From NCBI GenBank assembly GCA_034431675.1, contig DAOUCZ010000171.1, forward strand, positions 7,400 to 71,399: 64,000 nucleotides of DNA, in the 5' to 3' direction. Source of the DNA: Anaerolineae bacterium (GTDB lineage Bacteria; Chloroflexota; Anaerolineae; Aggregatilineales; Phototrophicaceae). The notes beneath the pieces were generated by a model. The model was given only the letters and a program-made list of their open reading frames with translations, was not told the DNA's origin and did no database searches. Position numbers and translations under genes: made by a program. Shown in pieces: positions 43,335-53,122 of the stretch. How positions within the stretch are numbered: the stretch's first letter is position 1; every line of letters begins with the position of its first letter.

Positions 43335-44828
43335 CTAGACCGGCGGCGGCGCAGTCACCACGAACCACACCACAAAGGCAAAGAATCCACCATAGGTTAG
43401 GGCGGTGGCCCATCGGGGGGCTGTCTCGGCGGCGGATTGAGCTGGTGTATGGGTCGGGTCGCCGCTGAGGTCGCTCATCATGCGGGCAAACCACAGCGTC
43501 GCCCCGATGGTCAGCAGGCCGGCCAGCGCGCGCGCCGGCAGTACTCCGAGGTCAGTGGGCATGAACGGGAAGAAGGCGGCGGTCATCGGCAGGTTGATGA
43601 GGGCCAGCACCCCGCCGACCACCAGCGTGGTGACCCATAGGGTGGGCGCGCGCTGTTCGCGCCGCGTGCTGACGGCATAAGTCAGGTCGAGGGCCAGCAG
43701 CAGCGGGGCAATCAGCAGGATGGTCAATGTGCCGTCACCGGCGCTGCCAAACAAACTGTTGAGCGCCCAACGCACCCCAAAAGCCACCAAACCGGTCAGG
43801 GTGGCTGCGCCGAGGATGCGTGTGGTGTGCAGCGCCAGCGTGCCGAACAAGCCGGCGATAAAGGCCAGAAAGACCGTCAGCAGCCAGTCGGGGAAGACGA
43901 CCACCTGCATCAGCATCGACATATTGACCCCGCGCCCGACTGTCTGTCCGACCGTTTGACTGAGCGCGCGCAGCTCCTGCGGGGATGCGCCGCCGGCGGC
44001 AGCGGCCAGCACGGCAGGGTCTGCCCCTGCGCCGTAATACCACTGCACGGTGAACAACACCACAAACTCGATGGTGGTGCAGGCCAGCACCAATATCATC
44101 AGCATATGCCGCCACGACAGGCGCTGCCAGAACGGCCTCCAATCGGGCTGTGCCGGCAGCAGGGTGTAGTGATAGGCGGTGGCCAGCAGGCCCATCACCA
44201 ACACCATCACCAGCAGCAGCAGGTGGGGGAGTGACCATGGGGTGATGTCTTCGCCGTAGAGCGCGTGCCAAATCGGGTCTGCGCCGATGGCGAACACGGT
44301 GTATAGGCCGCTGAGGAAGCTGAAGCCGAGCAGCGGGTTTGACCGAAAACGCTGCTGAAGCGTGCCGCGTCCGTGCTGCATCATCACCCACCAGCTCCAT
44401 GCGCCGATGCCGGTCATGGTCAAAAAGCAGAAGTACATCAGCAGGTGGGGACGCCAAAGCAAATCTTCCCCAAAGGGCACGCCGTACAGCGTATGCCAGA
44501 TTTCGTCCCATGTCGCGCCCACGCTAAAGCCGATCGCCCCCAGCGTTAGCAGCAGGGCAATCAAGCTGCGGGTGGGGGCGCGGATGGTCAGGGCGGGGGC
44601 GGGCGTCAGACCTGCCGGCAGCGGGCGAATCAGCAGATGCCAGCCCAACGCGCCGATGGCGGCGGTCACGCCAATCAGGATGACCACGCCGATGACGAAC
44701 ATGCCCATGTTATCGGCGGGGGGCAAGCCGGCCAGCAGGGTAAGGGCGATGAAAGCGACGATGGTCGCGCCGGCAGCGGCAGCAAAGGTGTTGAGCCGTG
44801 CAGAGGGGGATGTGCCGGTCTGCTGCAT
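43335..44828 (-). CDS. Polytopic integral membrane protein of unknown function (about 12 or more TM helices)
   Basis: 497 aa, hydrophobic throughout. Duplicated motif TWDEIWHTLYGVPFGEDLLWRPHLL / ADPIWHALYGEDITPWSLPHLL. Same orientation as the NarL-type two-component pair and directly upstream of it. Confidence 0.8.
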   Translation of the reverse strand: MQQTGTSPSARLNTFAAAAGATIVAFIALTLLAGLPPADNMGMFVIGVVILIGVTAAIGALGWHLLIRPLPAGLTPAPALTIRAPTRSLIALLLTLGAIGFSVGATWDEIWHTLYGVPFGEDLLWRPHLLMYFCFLTMTGIGAWSWWVMMQHGRGTLQQRFRSNPLLGFSFLSGLYTVFAIGADPIWHALYGEDITPWSLPHLLLLVMVLVMGLLATAYHYTLLPAQPDWRPFWQRLSWRHMLMILVLACTTIEFVVLFTVQWYYGAGADPAVLAAAAGGASPQELRALSQTVGQTVGRGVNMSMLMQVVVFPDWLLTVFLAFIAGLFGTLALHTTRILGAATLTGLVAFGVRWALNSLFGSAGDGTLTILLIAPLLLALDLTYAVSTRREQRAPTLWVTTLVVGGVLALINLPMTAAFFPFMPTDLGVLPARALAGLLTIGATLWFARMMSDLSGDPTHTPAQSAAETAPRWATALTYGGFFAFVVWFVVTAPPPV

Positions 44829-44885
44829 GAGGGCTTATCTCCTGTAGGATGGATGGACAGTTAGTTTCAGCATACTGGTATCGGT

Positions 44886-46433
44886 TTAGGGCTGAATGAA
44901 TCCTTGGATGATGTTCTTGAGCCGCAGCATCACCTGTGCGTGGCGCAGCGGGTCAAGGCTGGCTGACCAGTCGAGGATTTCGCGGTGATTGAGTGGATAG
45001 GGGGCGTCTGACCCGTGAAAGGTGCGATCGAGGGCCAGCGGGACGATCGGTTTTTCCCAGATGTCGGCATAGGCAAGGTCTTCATAGGCCCAAGAGCTGG
45101 GGACGGTGTTCTGTGAGACCTGCGCCACCATCACTTGACACTGCTCGATGGCGGTTTGGATTTCGCGCCGCCAGTCTGACCCTTTGATGTCGCGCTCATC
45201 GAACCATGTCGAGTAGCCAAAGTTTTGCAGCGCCAGCACCACGGGCCGGATGGTGGCGGCATCGACCGAGCGATAGCTGATGTAAATCTGGCGGGCGCTG
45301 GCGTCCTGCGCGGTGGCGGTCAGCGGGGCTGGTGAGTCGGGCAGGGCGGGCAGCGCCTCGGCCTGTGCGGCGCTGAAGCCGATCGGCCTGCCGAGGCGCT
45401 TGGCCAATTTGCGGATGAGTTCCGCCATGCCGGCGTAGGAAGTGCGCTCGCCCGGCGCATCACGCAGGTCAACGATGGGCAGCGCGGCAAGGCCATAGGG
45501 CACGCTGCTTTGCAAGTCGCCGGCACACAAGGCCGAGAACCATGGCAAATCTTCGCCGGTTTGCCGCTTGTTGGTGATGATGCGGGTGATGCGCTCATCG
45601 GTTTTGGCGGTGGGGGTGAGCAGGAACAGCACTTCTTCGGCCTGATCGACGAGGCGGGTCATCATGGCCGGCTGTAAGGCGCTGTTGAGCGTGGTCACGC
45701 GCAGGCCGATACTGGACAAGAAGGCGGAAAATTCGTCAGTCAGCTGCTTGTCTGAAGGCGAGCTGACGATGAGGATATCGTACAATTTGTTTGAAACAGG
45801 GGCAGGCGGCGCGGTGACAGTGGCTTGGCGGGCGGCGATCTCGTCGAGGATTTCGACGGCGAATTGTTCGAGGTCGCGCTCGACCAGCGTGCGAAACTCG
45901 TCGAGGGTCTCGTATTCGGTGACGCCGCGCTGGATTTGGCCGTCTTTGTAGAACAGCTCGGACTTAAAGAAGTCCTGAAGGCGCTTGAACTGCTCGACGT
46001 TTTCGGCATATTTGGCCGAAAAGGCGTCCTTGAGGCTGTCAGGTTGGCTCATCCGCCGATAAATCACGATGCGGTCGTGTGGGGCGTCGTTGAGCGCGTT
46101 GAGCAGCTCCCAATGCGTGCCGGACAGGTATTCGACGCCGGTGGCGTCATCGGTGAAGGGCGTCCCCATGCGTGACCAGAACACCACCAGCACAATGTCG
46201 CACTGAGACGGCAGCGGCAGCTTGCGATTGATGGCCTCCTGCGGCTTGAGCTTGGCTTTGAGGGCCGTGCCGGCCATCAGCTTGTCCCACGCCACCGGTT
46301 TGACATCCAGCTTGCCGCGCAGAGAGGGGCGATATTCGAGGTTGTCGATGATTTTGAGGATAAGCTCTCGCTCGGCTTTGACATCGCCGGGGGAAGAGAT
46401 GAACACCTTGATGGAGGGGATGCTATCGACCAT
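44886..46433 (-). CDS. Multi-module TIR-type protein: N-terminal DUF4062-like domain, central TIR-like module and C-terminal TIR domain
   Basis: N-terminus IKVFISSPGDVKAERELILKII...VLVVFWSRMG (DUF4062-like). Middle YDILIVSSPSDKQLTDEFSAFL. C-terminus RQIYISYRSVDAATIRPVVLALQNFGYSTWFDERDIKGSDW...VPSSWAYEDLAYA (TIR_2-like, with a Glu in the expected position). Confidence 0.8.
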   Translation of the reverse strand: MVDSIPSIKVFISSPGDVKAERELILKIIDNLEYRPSLRGKLDVKPVAWDKLMAGTALKAKLKPQEAINRKLPLPSQCDIVLVVFWSRMGTPFTDDATGVEYLSGTHWELLNALNDAPHDRIVIYRRMSQPDSLKDAFSAKYAENVEQFKRLQDFFKSELFYKDGQIQRGVTEYETLDEFRTLVERDLEQFAVEILDEIAARQATVTAPPAPVSNKLYDILIVSSPSDKQLTDEFSAFLSSIGLRVTTLNSALQPAMMTRLVDQAEEVLFLLTPTAKTDERITRIITNKRQTGEDLPWFSALCAGDLQSSVPYGLAALPIVDLRDAPGERTSYAGMAELIRKLAKRLGRPIGFSAAQAEALPALPDSPAPLTATAQDASARQIYISYRSVDAATIRPVVLALQNFGYSTWFDERDIKGSDWRREIQTAIEQCQVMVAQVSQNTVPSSWAYEDLAYADIWEKPIVPLALDRTFHGSDAPYPLNHREILDWSASLDPLRHAQVMLRLKNIIQGFIQP

Positions 46434-46760
46434 GGAACGCCGTTTCTGTGCTGTTTCTGCTCTGTTCAGCCCTTGATTATAGCGCGGGCTGTGGAAAGCT
46501 GCCGGTATTCAAGCTGTTCGTACAAAGTGTCGCAAAAAATGGCCCAAAATTCGCGCGTTTTTCGGTTTTCTGTGCTGCAAACCGACGGTATAGTGACATC
46601 AGACACAAGCGTCGCCCAATCTTTTGCAAGGGGGTGGCGTGCAGTGGTGATATTCCAAGAGACGCTGTCGCTATAATGGAAAGAACCCCTTCCATCTGGC
46701 TGTATGGGCCAGAGTCGGGCGGGCATTTTGCACCGAAATCACGTTTTTGAAAGGGTTATC

Positions 46761-48350
46761 ATGACACTCCCCGACGGCTTGACTCTACATCTGCCGGCAG
46801 GCGCACCCGACAGCAGCGCCGTGCTGACGCCAGAGGCGCTGGCGTTTTTGGCAGACCTGACGCGCCATTTTCGCGCTCGGCGCGACGACCTGCTGCGGGC
46901 GCGCACCGAGCGTCAGGCACGCCTTGATGCCGGCGAGCTACCAGACTTTTTGGCCGAGACCGCGTCAATCCGCGCGGGGGATTGGCAGGTCGCGCCTGTG
47001 CCGGCAGATTTGCAAGACCGGCGGGTCGAAATCACCGGCCCGACCGACCCCAAGATGGTGATTAACGCGCTCAACAGCGGGGCGTCGGTGTTTATGGCCG
47101 ACTTTGAGGATGCGACTGCGCCAACGTGGGCCAACCTGATTGAAGGGCAGATTGCGCTGTCAAAGGCGGTGCGCCGCACCCTGACTTATACCTCTCCGGA
47201 GGGCAAGTTTTACCGTCTGAATGAGCGGACGGCGGTGCTGGTGGTGCGCCCGCGCGGCTGGCATATGGATGAAAAGCATGTGTGGGTGGATGGCGCGCCG
47301 ATGCCGGCCAGCTTGTTCGATTTTGGGCTGTACGTGTTTCACAATGCGCACGCGGCGCTGGCGCAGGGCACTGGCCCGTATTTTTATCTCCCCAAGCTGG
47401 AGAGCCATCACGAGGCTGGTCTGTGGGATGACGTGTTCCGCCGCACCCAAGACCTGCTGGGCCTGCCGCACGGCACGTTGAAGGCCACGGTGCTGATTGA
47501 GACGATTTTGGCGGCCTTTGAGGCCGAGGAAATCTTGTATGCCTTGCGCGAGCACATCGTCGGGCTGAACTGTGGGCGTTGGGACTACATCTTTAGCATC
47601 ATCAAGAAGTTCCGCGCGCACCCCGACCGCGTCTTCCCCGACCGTGCGCATGTCACCATGACCGCGCCGATGATGCGGGCCTACAGCCAATACGTGATTA
47701 AGGTGTGCCACAAGCGCGGCGCACACGCCATGGGGGGGATGGCGGCGCAGATCCCGATTAAGAACAACCCAGAGGCCAATCAGGCGGCCTTTGACAAGGT
47801 TCGCGCCGATAAGCTGCGCGAGGTCACCGACGGGCACGATGGCACTTGGGTGGCGCATCCGGGTCTTGTGCCGGTGGCGCTGGAGGTGTTCAACGCGCAC
47901 ATGCCCACCCCCAATCAGGTGGCGCGTCAGCGCGATGATGTGCAGGTGAGCGCCACCGACCTGCTGGCTGTGCCTGCCGGCCCAAAGACCGAGTCCGGCC
48001 TGCGCATGAACCTGTCGGTGGGGGTGCAGTATGTCGAGGCGTGGCTGAACGGCAACGGGTGCGTGCCGCTGTACAACCTGATGGAAGATGCAGCGACCGC
48101 CGAAATCTCGCGCGCGCAGGTGTGGCAGTGGCTCAAGCACGGCGCGGTGCTGGATGATGGTCAGCCGGTGACGGGTGAGCTGGTGGAGCGGCTGATGGCC
48201 GAAGAGCTGCTGAAAATCCGCGCCGAGGTCGGTGACGACCGGTTTGAGGGCGGCCGCTATCATCAGGCGGCGGAGCTGTTCTTGGGCTGGTCAAAGGCGG
48301 CGCAGTGCCCTGACTTCTTGACCACGCTGGCTTATGCCTATCTGGATTAA
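46761..48350 (+). CDS. aceB: Malate synthase A
   Basis: [47 protein letters not shown] and [15 protein letters not shown] 46761 gives 529 aa. Confidence 0.95.
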   Translation: MTLPDGLTLHLPAGAPDSSAVLTPEALAFLADLTRHFRARRDDLLRARTERQARLDAGELPDFLAETASIRAGDWQVAPVPADLQDRRVEITGPTDPKMVINALNSGASVFMADFEDATAPTWANLIEGQIALSKAVRRTLTYTSPEGKFYRLNERTAVLVVRPRGWHMDEKHVWVDGAPMPASLFDFGLYVFHNAHAALAQGTGPYFYLPKLESHHEAGLWDDVFRRTQDLLGLPHGTLKATVLIETILAAFEAEEILYALREHIVGLNCGRWDYIFSIIKKFRAHPDRVFPDRAHVTMTAPMMRAYSQYVIKVCHKRGAHAMGGMAAQIPIKNNPEANQAAFDKVRADKLREVTDGHDGTWVAHPGLVPVALEVFNAHMPTPNQVARQRDDVQVSATDLLAVPAGPKTESGLRMNLSVGVQYVEAWLNGNGCVPLYNLMEDAATAEISRAQVWQWLKHGAVLDDGQPVTGELVERLMAEELLKIRAEVGDDRFEGGRYHQAAELFLGWSKAAQCPDFLTTLAYAYLD

Positions 48351-48510
48351 GGCGGGCTAATCCGCCCGATTCAACAGCGGCGGGGGCGGCCCAATACACC
48401 GCACCCCGCCTATAAGAACCCATGTTTGGGATGTCGCGGAGGCCGCTGGCCGACCCGCTGGAATCCGCTTTTGTCTGTTACAGAACTGCGTTGAGGGGAA
48501 AATACACATC

Positions 48511-49806
48511 ATGAACCAGCAAGCCGAACAACTCACCCATCGTTGGAACACCGAAGCCCGCTGGCAGGACGTGCAGCGTCCATATACGCCAGAGGATGTG
48601 CTGCGCCTGCGCGGCTCGGTGCAGATTGAATATACCTTGGCGCGTTTGGGGGCAGAGCGCTTGTGGCGTCTGCTGCAAAGCGAACCGTATGTCAACAGCC
48701 TTGGCGCGCTGACCGGCACACAGGCGGTGCAGATGGTGGCCGCCGGCCTGAAGGCCATCTATGTGAGCGGGTGGCAGGTGGCGGCGGATGCCAACGGCGC
48801 AGGTGCAACTTATCCTGACCAGAGCTTGTATCCGGCAGACAGCGCGCCGGCTTTGGTCAAGCGCATCAACAACGCGCTGCTGCGCGCCGACCAGATTGAC
48901 ACGCTGGCCGGCAAGCGCGAGGTGGATTGGCTGGTTCCGCTGGTGGCGGACGGCGAGGCCGGCTTTGGCGGGGTGCTCAACGCCTATGAGCTGACCAAGG
49001 CGTTTATCGAGGCGGGGGCGGCGGCGGTGCACTACGAAGACCAGCTGGCTTCGGCCAAAAAATGCGGGCATCTGGGGGGCAAGGTGCTCGCCCCGACTGC
49101 CGAGTTTGTGCGCAAGCTGATTTCGGCGCGCCTTGCGGCGGATGTGCTGGATGTGCCGACCGTGATTGTGGCGCGCACCGATGCCGAGTCGGCCACCTTG
49201 CTGGCCAGCGACATCGACCCACGTGATACCCCCTTTATGACCGGCCAGCGCACCAGCGAGGGGTTCTATACCATCCGTGGCGGGTTCGAGATGGCGATTG
49301 CGCGTGGGCTAGCCTATGCCCCATATGCTGACCTTGTGTGGTGCGAGACCAGCACCCCCGACCTGAACGAGGCCAAGAAGTTTGCCGAGGGCATCCGCAG
49401 CCAGTTCCCCAACAAGAAGCTGGCCTATAACTGCTCACCGTCCTTCAATTGGGCGCGCAAGCTCGACGCCGGCACGATTGCCAAGTTCCAGCGCGAATTG
49501 GGCGCAATGGGCTATGCCTTCCAATTCATCACGCTGGCCGGTTTCCACTCGCTCAATCATGCTATGTTCGAGCTGGCGCGCAAATATCACGACACCGGCA
49601 TGACCGGCTATGTCGAGCTTCAGCAGGCCGAGTTTGACGCCGAGCGTGACTACGGTTATCGCGGGGTGAAGCATCAGGCATTTGTCGGCACGGGCTATTT
49701 TGATGCCATCCAGACCATCGTCAGTGGGGGAGAGGCCAGCACCACCGCGCTGAAGGACTCCACTGAGGCTGCACAGTTTGACCACGCGGGGGCAGCTGCC
49801 CACTAA
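48511..49806 (+). CDS. aceA: Isocitrate lyase
   Basis: Signature KKCGHLGGK, plus WQVAADAN...YPDQSLYP and ARTDAES. 431 aa. Confidence 0.96.
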   Translation: MNQQAEQLTHRWNTEARWQDVQRPYTPEDVLRLRGSVQIEYTLARLGAERLWRLLQSEPYVNSLGALTGTQAVQMVAAGLKAIYVSGWQVAADANGAGATYPDQSLYPADSAPALVKRINNALLRADQIDTLAGKREVDWLVPLVADGEAGFGGVLNAYELTKAFIEAGAAAVHYEDQLASAKKCGHLGGKVLAPTAEFVRKLISARLAADVLDVPTVIVARTDAESATLLASDIDPRDTPFMTGQRTSEGFYTIRGGFEMAIARGLAYAPYADLVWCETSTPDLNEAKKFAEGIRSQFPNKKLAYNCSPSFNWARKLDAGTIAKFQRELGAMGYAFQFITLAGFHSLNHAMFELARKYHDTGMTGYVELQQAEFDAERDYGYRGVKHQAFVGTGYFDAIQTIVSGGEASTTALKDSTEAAQFDHAGAAAH

Positions 49807-49855
49807 GCCCATCTGCTGGCGGCGTACGCCGCCCGTGATGACCCATCCCACACAG

Positions 49856-49890
49856 ACTGCCGCCATCTCGCCCGATGGCGGCAGTTTTTT
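49856..49890 (+). terminator. Rho-independent terminator of aceBA
   Basis: ACTGCCGCCATC (49856-49867), loop TCGCCC, GATGGCGGCAGT (49874-49885), then a TTTTTT tract. Confidence 0.88.
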
Positions 49891-49966
49891 GCTACAATAG
49901 CTGCATGGTTTTGTGTATTCGGTTTGTTCGGTATTGACCGAACAAATAAAACAGGAGTATGCTGAG

Positions 49967-50449
49967 ATGGACATCCCAGACAAAAAGCAGGCATTTGTGG
50001 AGCAGGCCGGACTGTACCTTGAGGGGATGGGGCTGACGCGCATCGCCGGACGGGTGGTGGGCTGGCTGCTGATGTGTGACCCGCCGTATCAGCAGCAGAC
50101 TGAGCTGGTGGAGGCCTTGGGGGCGAGCAAGAGTTCCATCAGCGTGGCGTTGAAAGAGCTGACTATGCTGTCTTTGGTGGAGCGTGTCAGCCTGCCGGGC
50201 GACCGGCGGACGTATTACCGAACAGCCAAAGACATGTGGATGCGCTCGTTTCAGGCGCGGATGCACCATCTAAACACGCTGAAGGAGCTGGCTGAGCAGG
50301 GGTTGGCGGCGCTGGAGGGTGAACCAGAGCGGGTGCAGCAGCGCTTGATGGCGATGCGGGACATGAACGCCTTTTTGGCCGACGAGTTTCCCCGGATGCT
50401 TGACCGGTGGGATGAACTGAAGAAGGCCAAGGGCTACGACGACCAATAG
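49967..50449 (+). CDS. GbsR/MarR-like winged-helix transcriptional regulator
   Basis: AGGAG upstream of ATG 49967. FVEQAGLYLEGMGLTRIAGRVVGWLLMCDPP...QTELVEALGASKSSISVALKELTMLSLVERV...GDRRTYYR. Confidence 0.75.
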   Translation: MDIPDKKQAFVEQAGLYLEGMGLTRIAGRVVGWLLMCDPPYQQQTELVEALGASKSSISVALKELTMLSLVERVSLPGDRRTYYRTAKDMWMRSFQARMHHLNTLKELAEQGLAALEGEPERVQQRLMAMRDMNAFLADEFPRMLDRWDELKKAKGYDDQ

Positions 50450-50501
50450 CGGTAACCGGCTGACAGGGCGGATGGAGCGCGGACTGTCGGCATTAGGATA
50501 A

Positions 50502-50849
50502 CCAAAAAGAGAAGCCCCCCATGAGTGGCTTTTGCCGCGCATGGCGGCAGCGGTGCATCACGGTGGGGCTGGGACGACCGCGGCGGCACTGCGCGCTGGC
50601 TTGCCCTCGCTGATTGTGCCGTTTATCGCCGATCAGCCGTTTTGGGGTGAGGTGGTGCATCAGGCGGGGGTTGGGCCGCGCCCGATTGCGCAGGGCAAAT
50701 TGACGGTGGACGGGTTGGCACGGGCGATTGGCCAGCTGGTGAGTGATGAAGCGATGCGCCAGCGCGCGCAAGCGCTCGGCGATGTGCTGCGGGCTGAAGA
50801 TGGGGTTGGGGCGGCGGTGCGTGCGCTGGCGGGACTGCTTGGGCGTTAG
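50502..50849 (+). pseudogene. 5'-truncated remnant of a GT1-family (UDP-glycosyltransferase, MGT-like) gene: C-terminal ~110 codons only
   Basis: The in-frame translation [44 protein letters not shown] matches the C-terminal nucleotide-sugar-binding signature of GT1 enzymes. An in-frame TAA lies at 50499-50501. No N-terminal half is present upstream. Confidence 0.7.
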
Positions 50850-52321
50850 GCATCTTTCTGGGGGACGCGGACGGGCTGATGGCGGCGGGTGGCGCGGGTG
50901 TTGTCCAGCAGGTGCTCGTGTTCGGGGCGGGCCAGCGGCAGATGGACGCTGAAGGTTGTGCCTGTCCCAACCTGACTGCGCACCTCAATTGAGCCGCCGT
51001 GCGCTTCGGCAATCAGGCGTGCTAGGCTGAGGCCGAGGCCAAAGCCTTCGGTGCCGTCCTGCGCGCGCGAGGTGTCGATTTGATAGAAGCGATCGAACAC
51101 GCGCGGCAGGTGCTCTTGAGCGATGCCGATGCCGGTATCGGTGACCTCGATGCGGGCCATCTGATCGACGCGCTGCACGGTGAGGGTGATGCTGCCGCCC
51201 TGTGGGGTGAAGCGCACCGCGTTCTTGATGATGTGAATCAGCAGGTCGCGCACCTGCTGCGGGTCGGCAAAGATGCGCAGCGGCTCAATATGGGCTAGGC
51301 GCATCTTGAGCGTCTTGGCCTCAGCCAGCGGGCGCATGGCTTGCATGGCGTCCATCACCACGCTGTCGGCGTCGGTGATGGTGGGGTTGATGGTGACGCC
51401 GCCGTAGTCGGCGCGCGCCAGCATGATGAGGTCGTTGACAAGCCGTGACATGCGCGTCATGTCGCTGTGCATGGCGTCCAGCGACTCTTGGTCTGCGCCA
51501 TAGCGGCGCATCAGGTCAAGATGGCCGATCGCGCCGGTCAGCGGGGTGCGCAGCTCGTGAGAGACATCGTGGATAAAGCTCTGCTGCACATTAAACAGGT
51601 GCTGAAGCCTGTCCATCATGCGGTTAAACACCGAAATCAGTCGCCCCAGCTCGTCGTGTGGGCCGCTGCGCACAAGGCGGGTCGAGAGGTCGTCCGTGCC
51701 GGCGATGCGTGAGGCGGTGATGGTCAGGTCTTCAATCGGTTGCAGCATCCGCCGCGCCATCCAGCGGCTGATGAGGGTGGCGCCGGCGATGGCAAAAGCC
51801 GAGCAGCCAATCAGCACCAGCAGCAGGTGATGCGAGGCGACATTGATGATGGACAGCGACTGTGCCACCTGAATGCTGCCAATCACCTGACCCGTACTGT
51901 CGAGGATCGGGTTAGTGTGGGTGCGCCACAGGCTGTCGCTGAGTTTGATGGTGTTAAACACGTGCTCGTCGCTGCTGCCAAGGGCGGCGGGGTCGAGTGG
52001 GCCGGTGTGCCATGCGATGTTCTGCGAGGTGCGGGCAAGGCGGTAGTCTTCCCCATCCCGAAACCAGATTTGGATGCCGGTGACCGAGTCGGTGAAGGCT
52101 TCTGGCTCGGAGAGGCGGATGCCGTAGTCTTCACGCCATTTCACGGTCAGCTCGACAAACGGCGATTCGTGCCCGATCCAGTCGGCCGTTTCCATCAATC
52201 GTCCGTCGATATAGCGCACCAGCGACCACGTCATCAGCAAAAATACCGATGCGCCCAATGCCAGCACGACAGCAATCGTCAGGCCGGCATACCACAGGGT
52301 CAGCTGTTTGCGGAGAGTCAT
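50846..52321 (-). CDS. Sensor histidine kinase (TM-periplasmic-TM-HAMP-HisKA-HATPase_c)
   Basis: H-box FIHDVSHELRTPLT, N-box IIKNAVRFTP, DTGIGI and GFGLGLSLARLIAEAHGG. Confidence 0.92.
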   Translation of the reverse strand: MTLRKQLTLWYAGLTIAVVLALGASVFLLMTWSLVRYIDGRLMETADWIGHESPFVELTVKWREDYGIRLSEPEAFTDSVTGIQIWFRDGEDYRLARTSQNIAWHTGPLDPAALGSSDEHVFNTIKLSDSLWRTHTNPILDSTGQVIGSIQVAQSLSIINVASHHLLLVLIGCSAFAIAGATLISRWMARRMLQPIEDLTITASRIAGTDDLSTRLVRSGPHDELGRLISVFNRMMDRLQHLFNVQQSFIHDVSHELRTPLTGAIGHLDLMRRYGADQESLDAMHSDMTRMSRLVNDLIMLARADYGGVTINPTITDADSVVMDAMQAMRPLAEAKTLKMRLAHIEPLRIFADPQQVRDLLIHIIKNAVRFTPQGGSITLTVQRVDQMARIEVTDTGIGIAQEHLPRVFDRFYQIDTSRAQDGTEGFGLGLSLARLIAEAHGGSIEVRSQVGTGTTFSVHLPLARPEHEHLLDNTRATRRHQPVRVPQKDA

Positions 52322-52335
52322 GGCTGGTGGCCGGT

Positions 52336-53025
52336 TTATTCCTCGCGCAGGACGTAGCCTACGCCGCGGACGGTATGAATCAGGCGTGGGCCAAGGCTCT
52401 GGTTTTCGCTTTCGGTTTTTTGACGCAGATAGCGCACATAGACCTCGATGATGTTGCTCTCGCCGCCGAAATCGTAGCCCCAGACGCGGTCAAAAATCAC
52501 ATCGCGGGTGAGCACCTGCCGCGGATTGCGCATAAACAGTTCCAGCAGTTCATATTCTTTGGCCGTCAGGTCGATGGCGTGCTCGCCGCGATAGGCGCGG
52601 TGCGTGCCGGTGTCCAGCGTCAGATCGGCAAAGCGCAGGATTTCGGGGCGCGAGGTGGGCGTGGCCCGCCGAAACAGCGCGCGCACGCGGGCCATCAGCT
52701 CGTCAATCGAGAACGGTTTGACCAGATAGTCGTCTGCGCCGGTATCGAGGGCGGCCACGCGGTCAGAGACATCGTCTTTGGCCGTCAGCATCAAGATGGG
52801 GACGTCGCTGGCAGCGCGCAGGCGGCGGCAGACTTCCAACCCATCCAAGCCCGGCATCATCCAGTCAAGGATGACCAGATCGGGCGGGTTATCACGCGCG
52901 ATGTTCAGGCCGGTCTGGCCGTCGCGTGCCACGTTGACGCGATACCCTTCATAAATTAGCCCACGCTCGATGAATTGAGCAATACGGGCCTCGTCCTCAA
53001 TGACTAAAATGCGTTCCCCGGACAT
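52336..53025 (-). CDS. OmpR-family response regulator
   Basis: [12 protein letters not shown]...[13 protein letters not shown]...MLTAK...KPF, then the winged helix [34 protein letters not shown] at 53025. Confidence 0.94.
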   Translation of the reverse strand: MSGERILVIEDEARIAQFIERGLIYEGYRVNVARDGQTGLNIARDNPPDLVILDWMMPGLDGLEVCRRLRAASDVPILMLTAKDDVSDRVAALDTGADDYLVKPFSIDELMARVRALFRRATPTSRPEILRFADLTLDTGTHRAYRGEHAIDLTAKEYELLELFMRNPRQVLTRDVIFDRVWGYDFGGESNIIEVYVRYLRQKTESENQSLGPRLIHTVRGVGYVLREE

Positions 53026-53122
53026 CCCCGTTTTTATCCTTTTGGTACGAATTTCAAGACTTTCCCCACATATCATAAGCGTAACAATCGCTTATGAGAA
53101 ACATACAACGTGATTATGAGAA

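Noticed and set aside
46434-46760. Sigma-70 promoters in the divergent TIR/aceB intergenic region (TATAAT at 46672-46677, TTGCAA at 46624-46629)
   Set aside because: The two hexamers are not correctly spaced relative to each other, and no partner box of good quality is present. This is too weak to report as a feature.
47160-48263. 367-aa minus-strand ORF antisense to malate synthase, and the similar ORFs 15644-16675 and 60846-61799
   Set aside because: They overlap unambiguous genes (aceB, the solute-binding protein, and PucR/rlmN). The translations are His/Arg/Gly/Gln-rich with no motifs.
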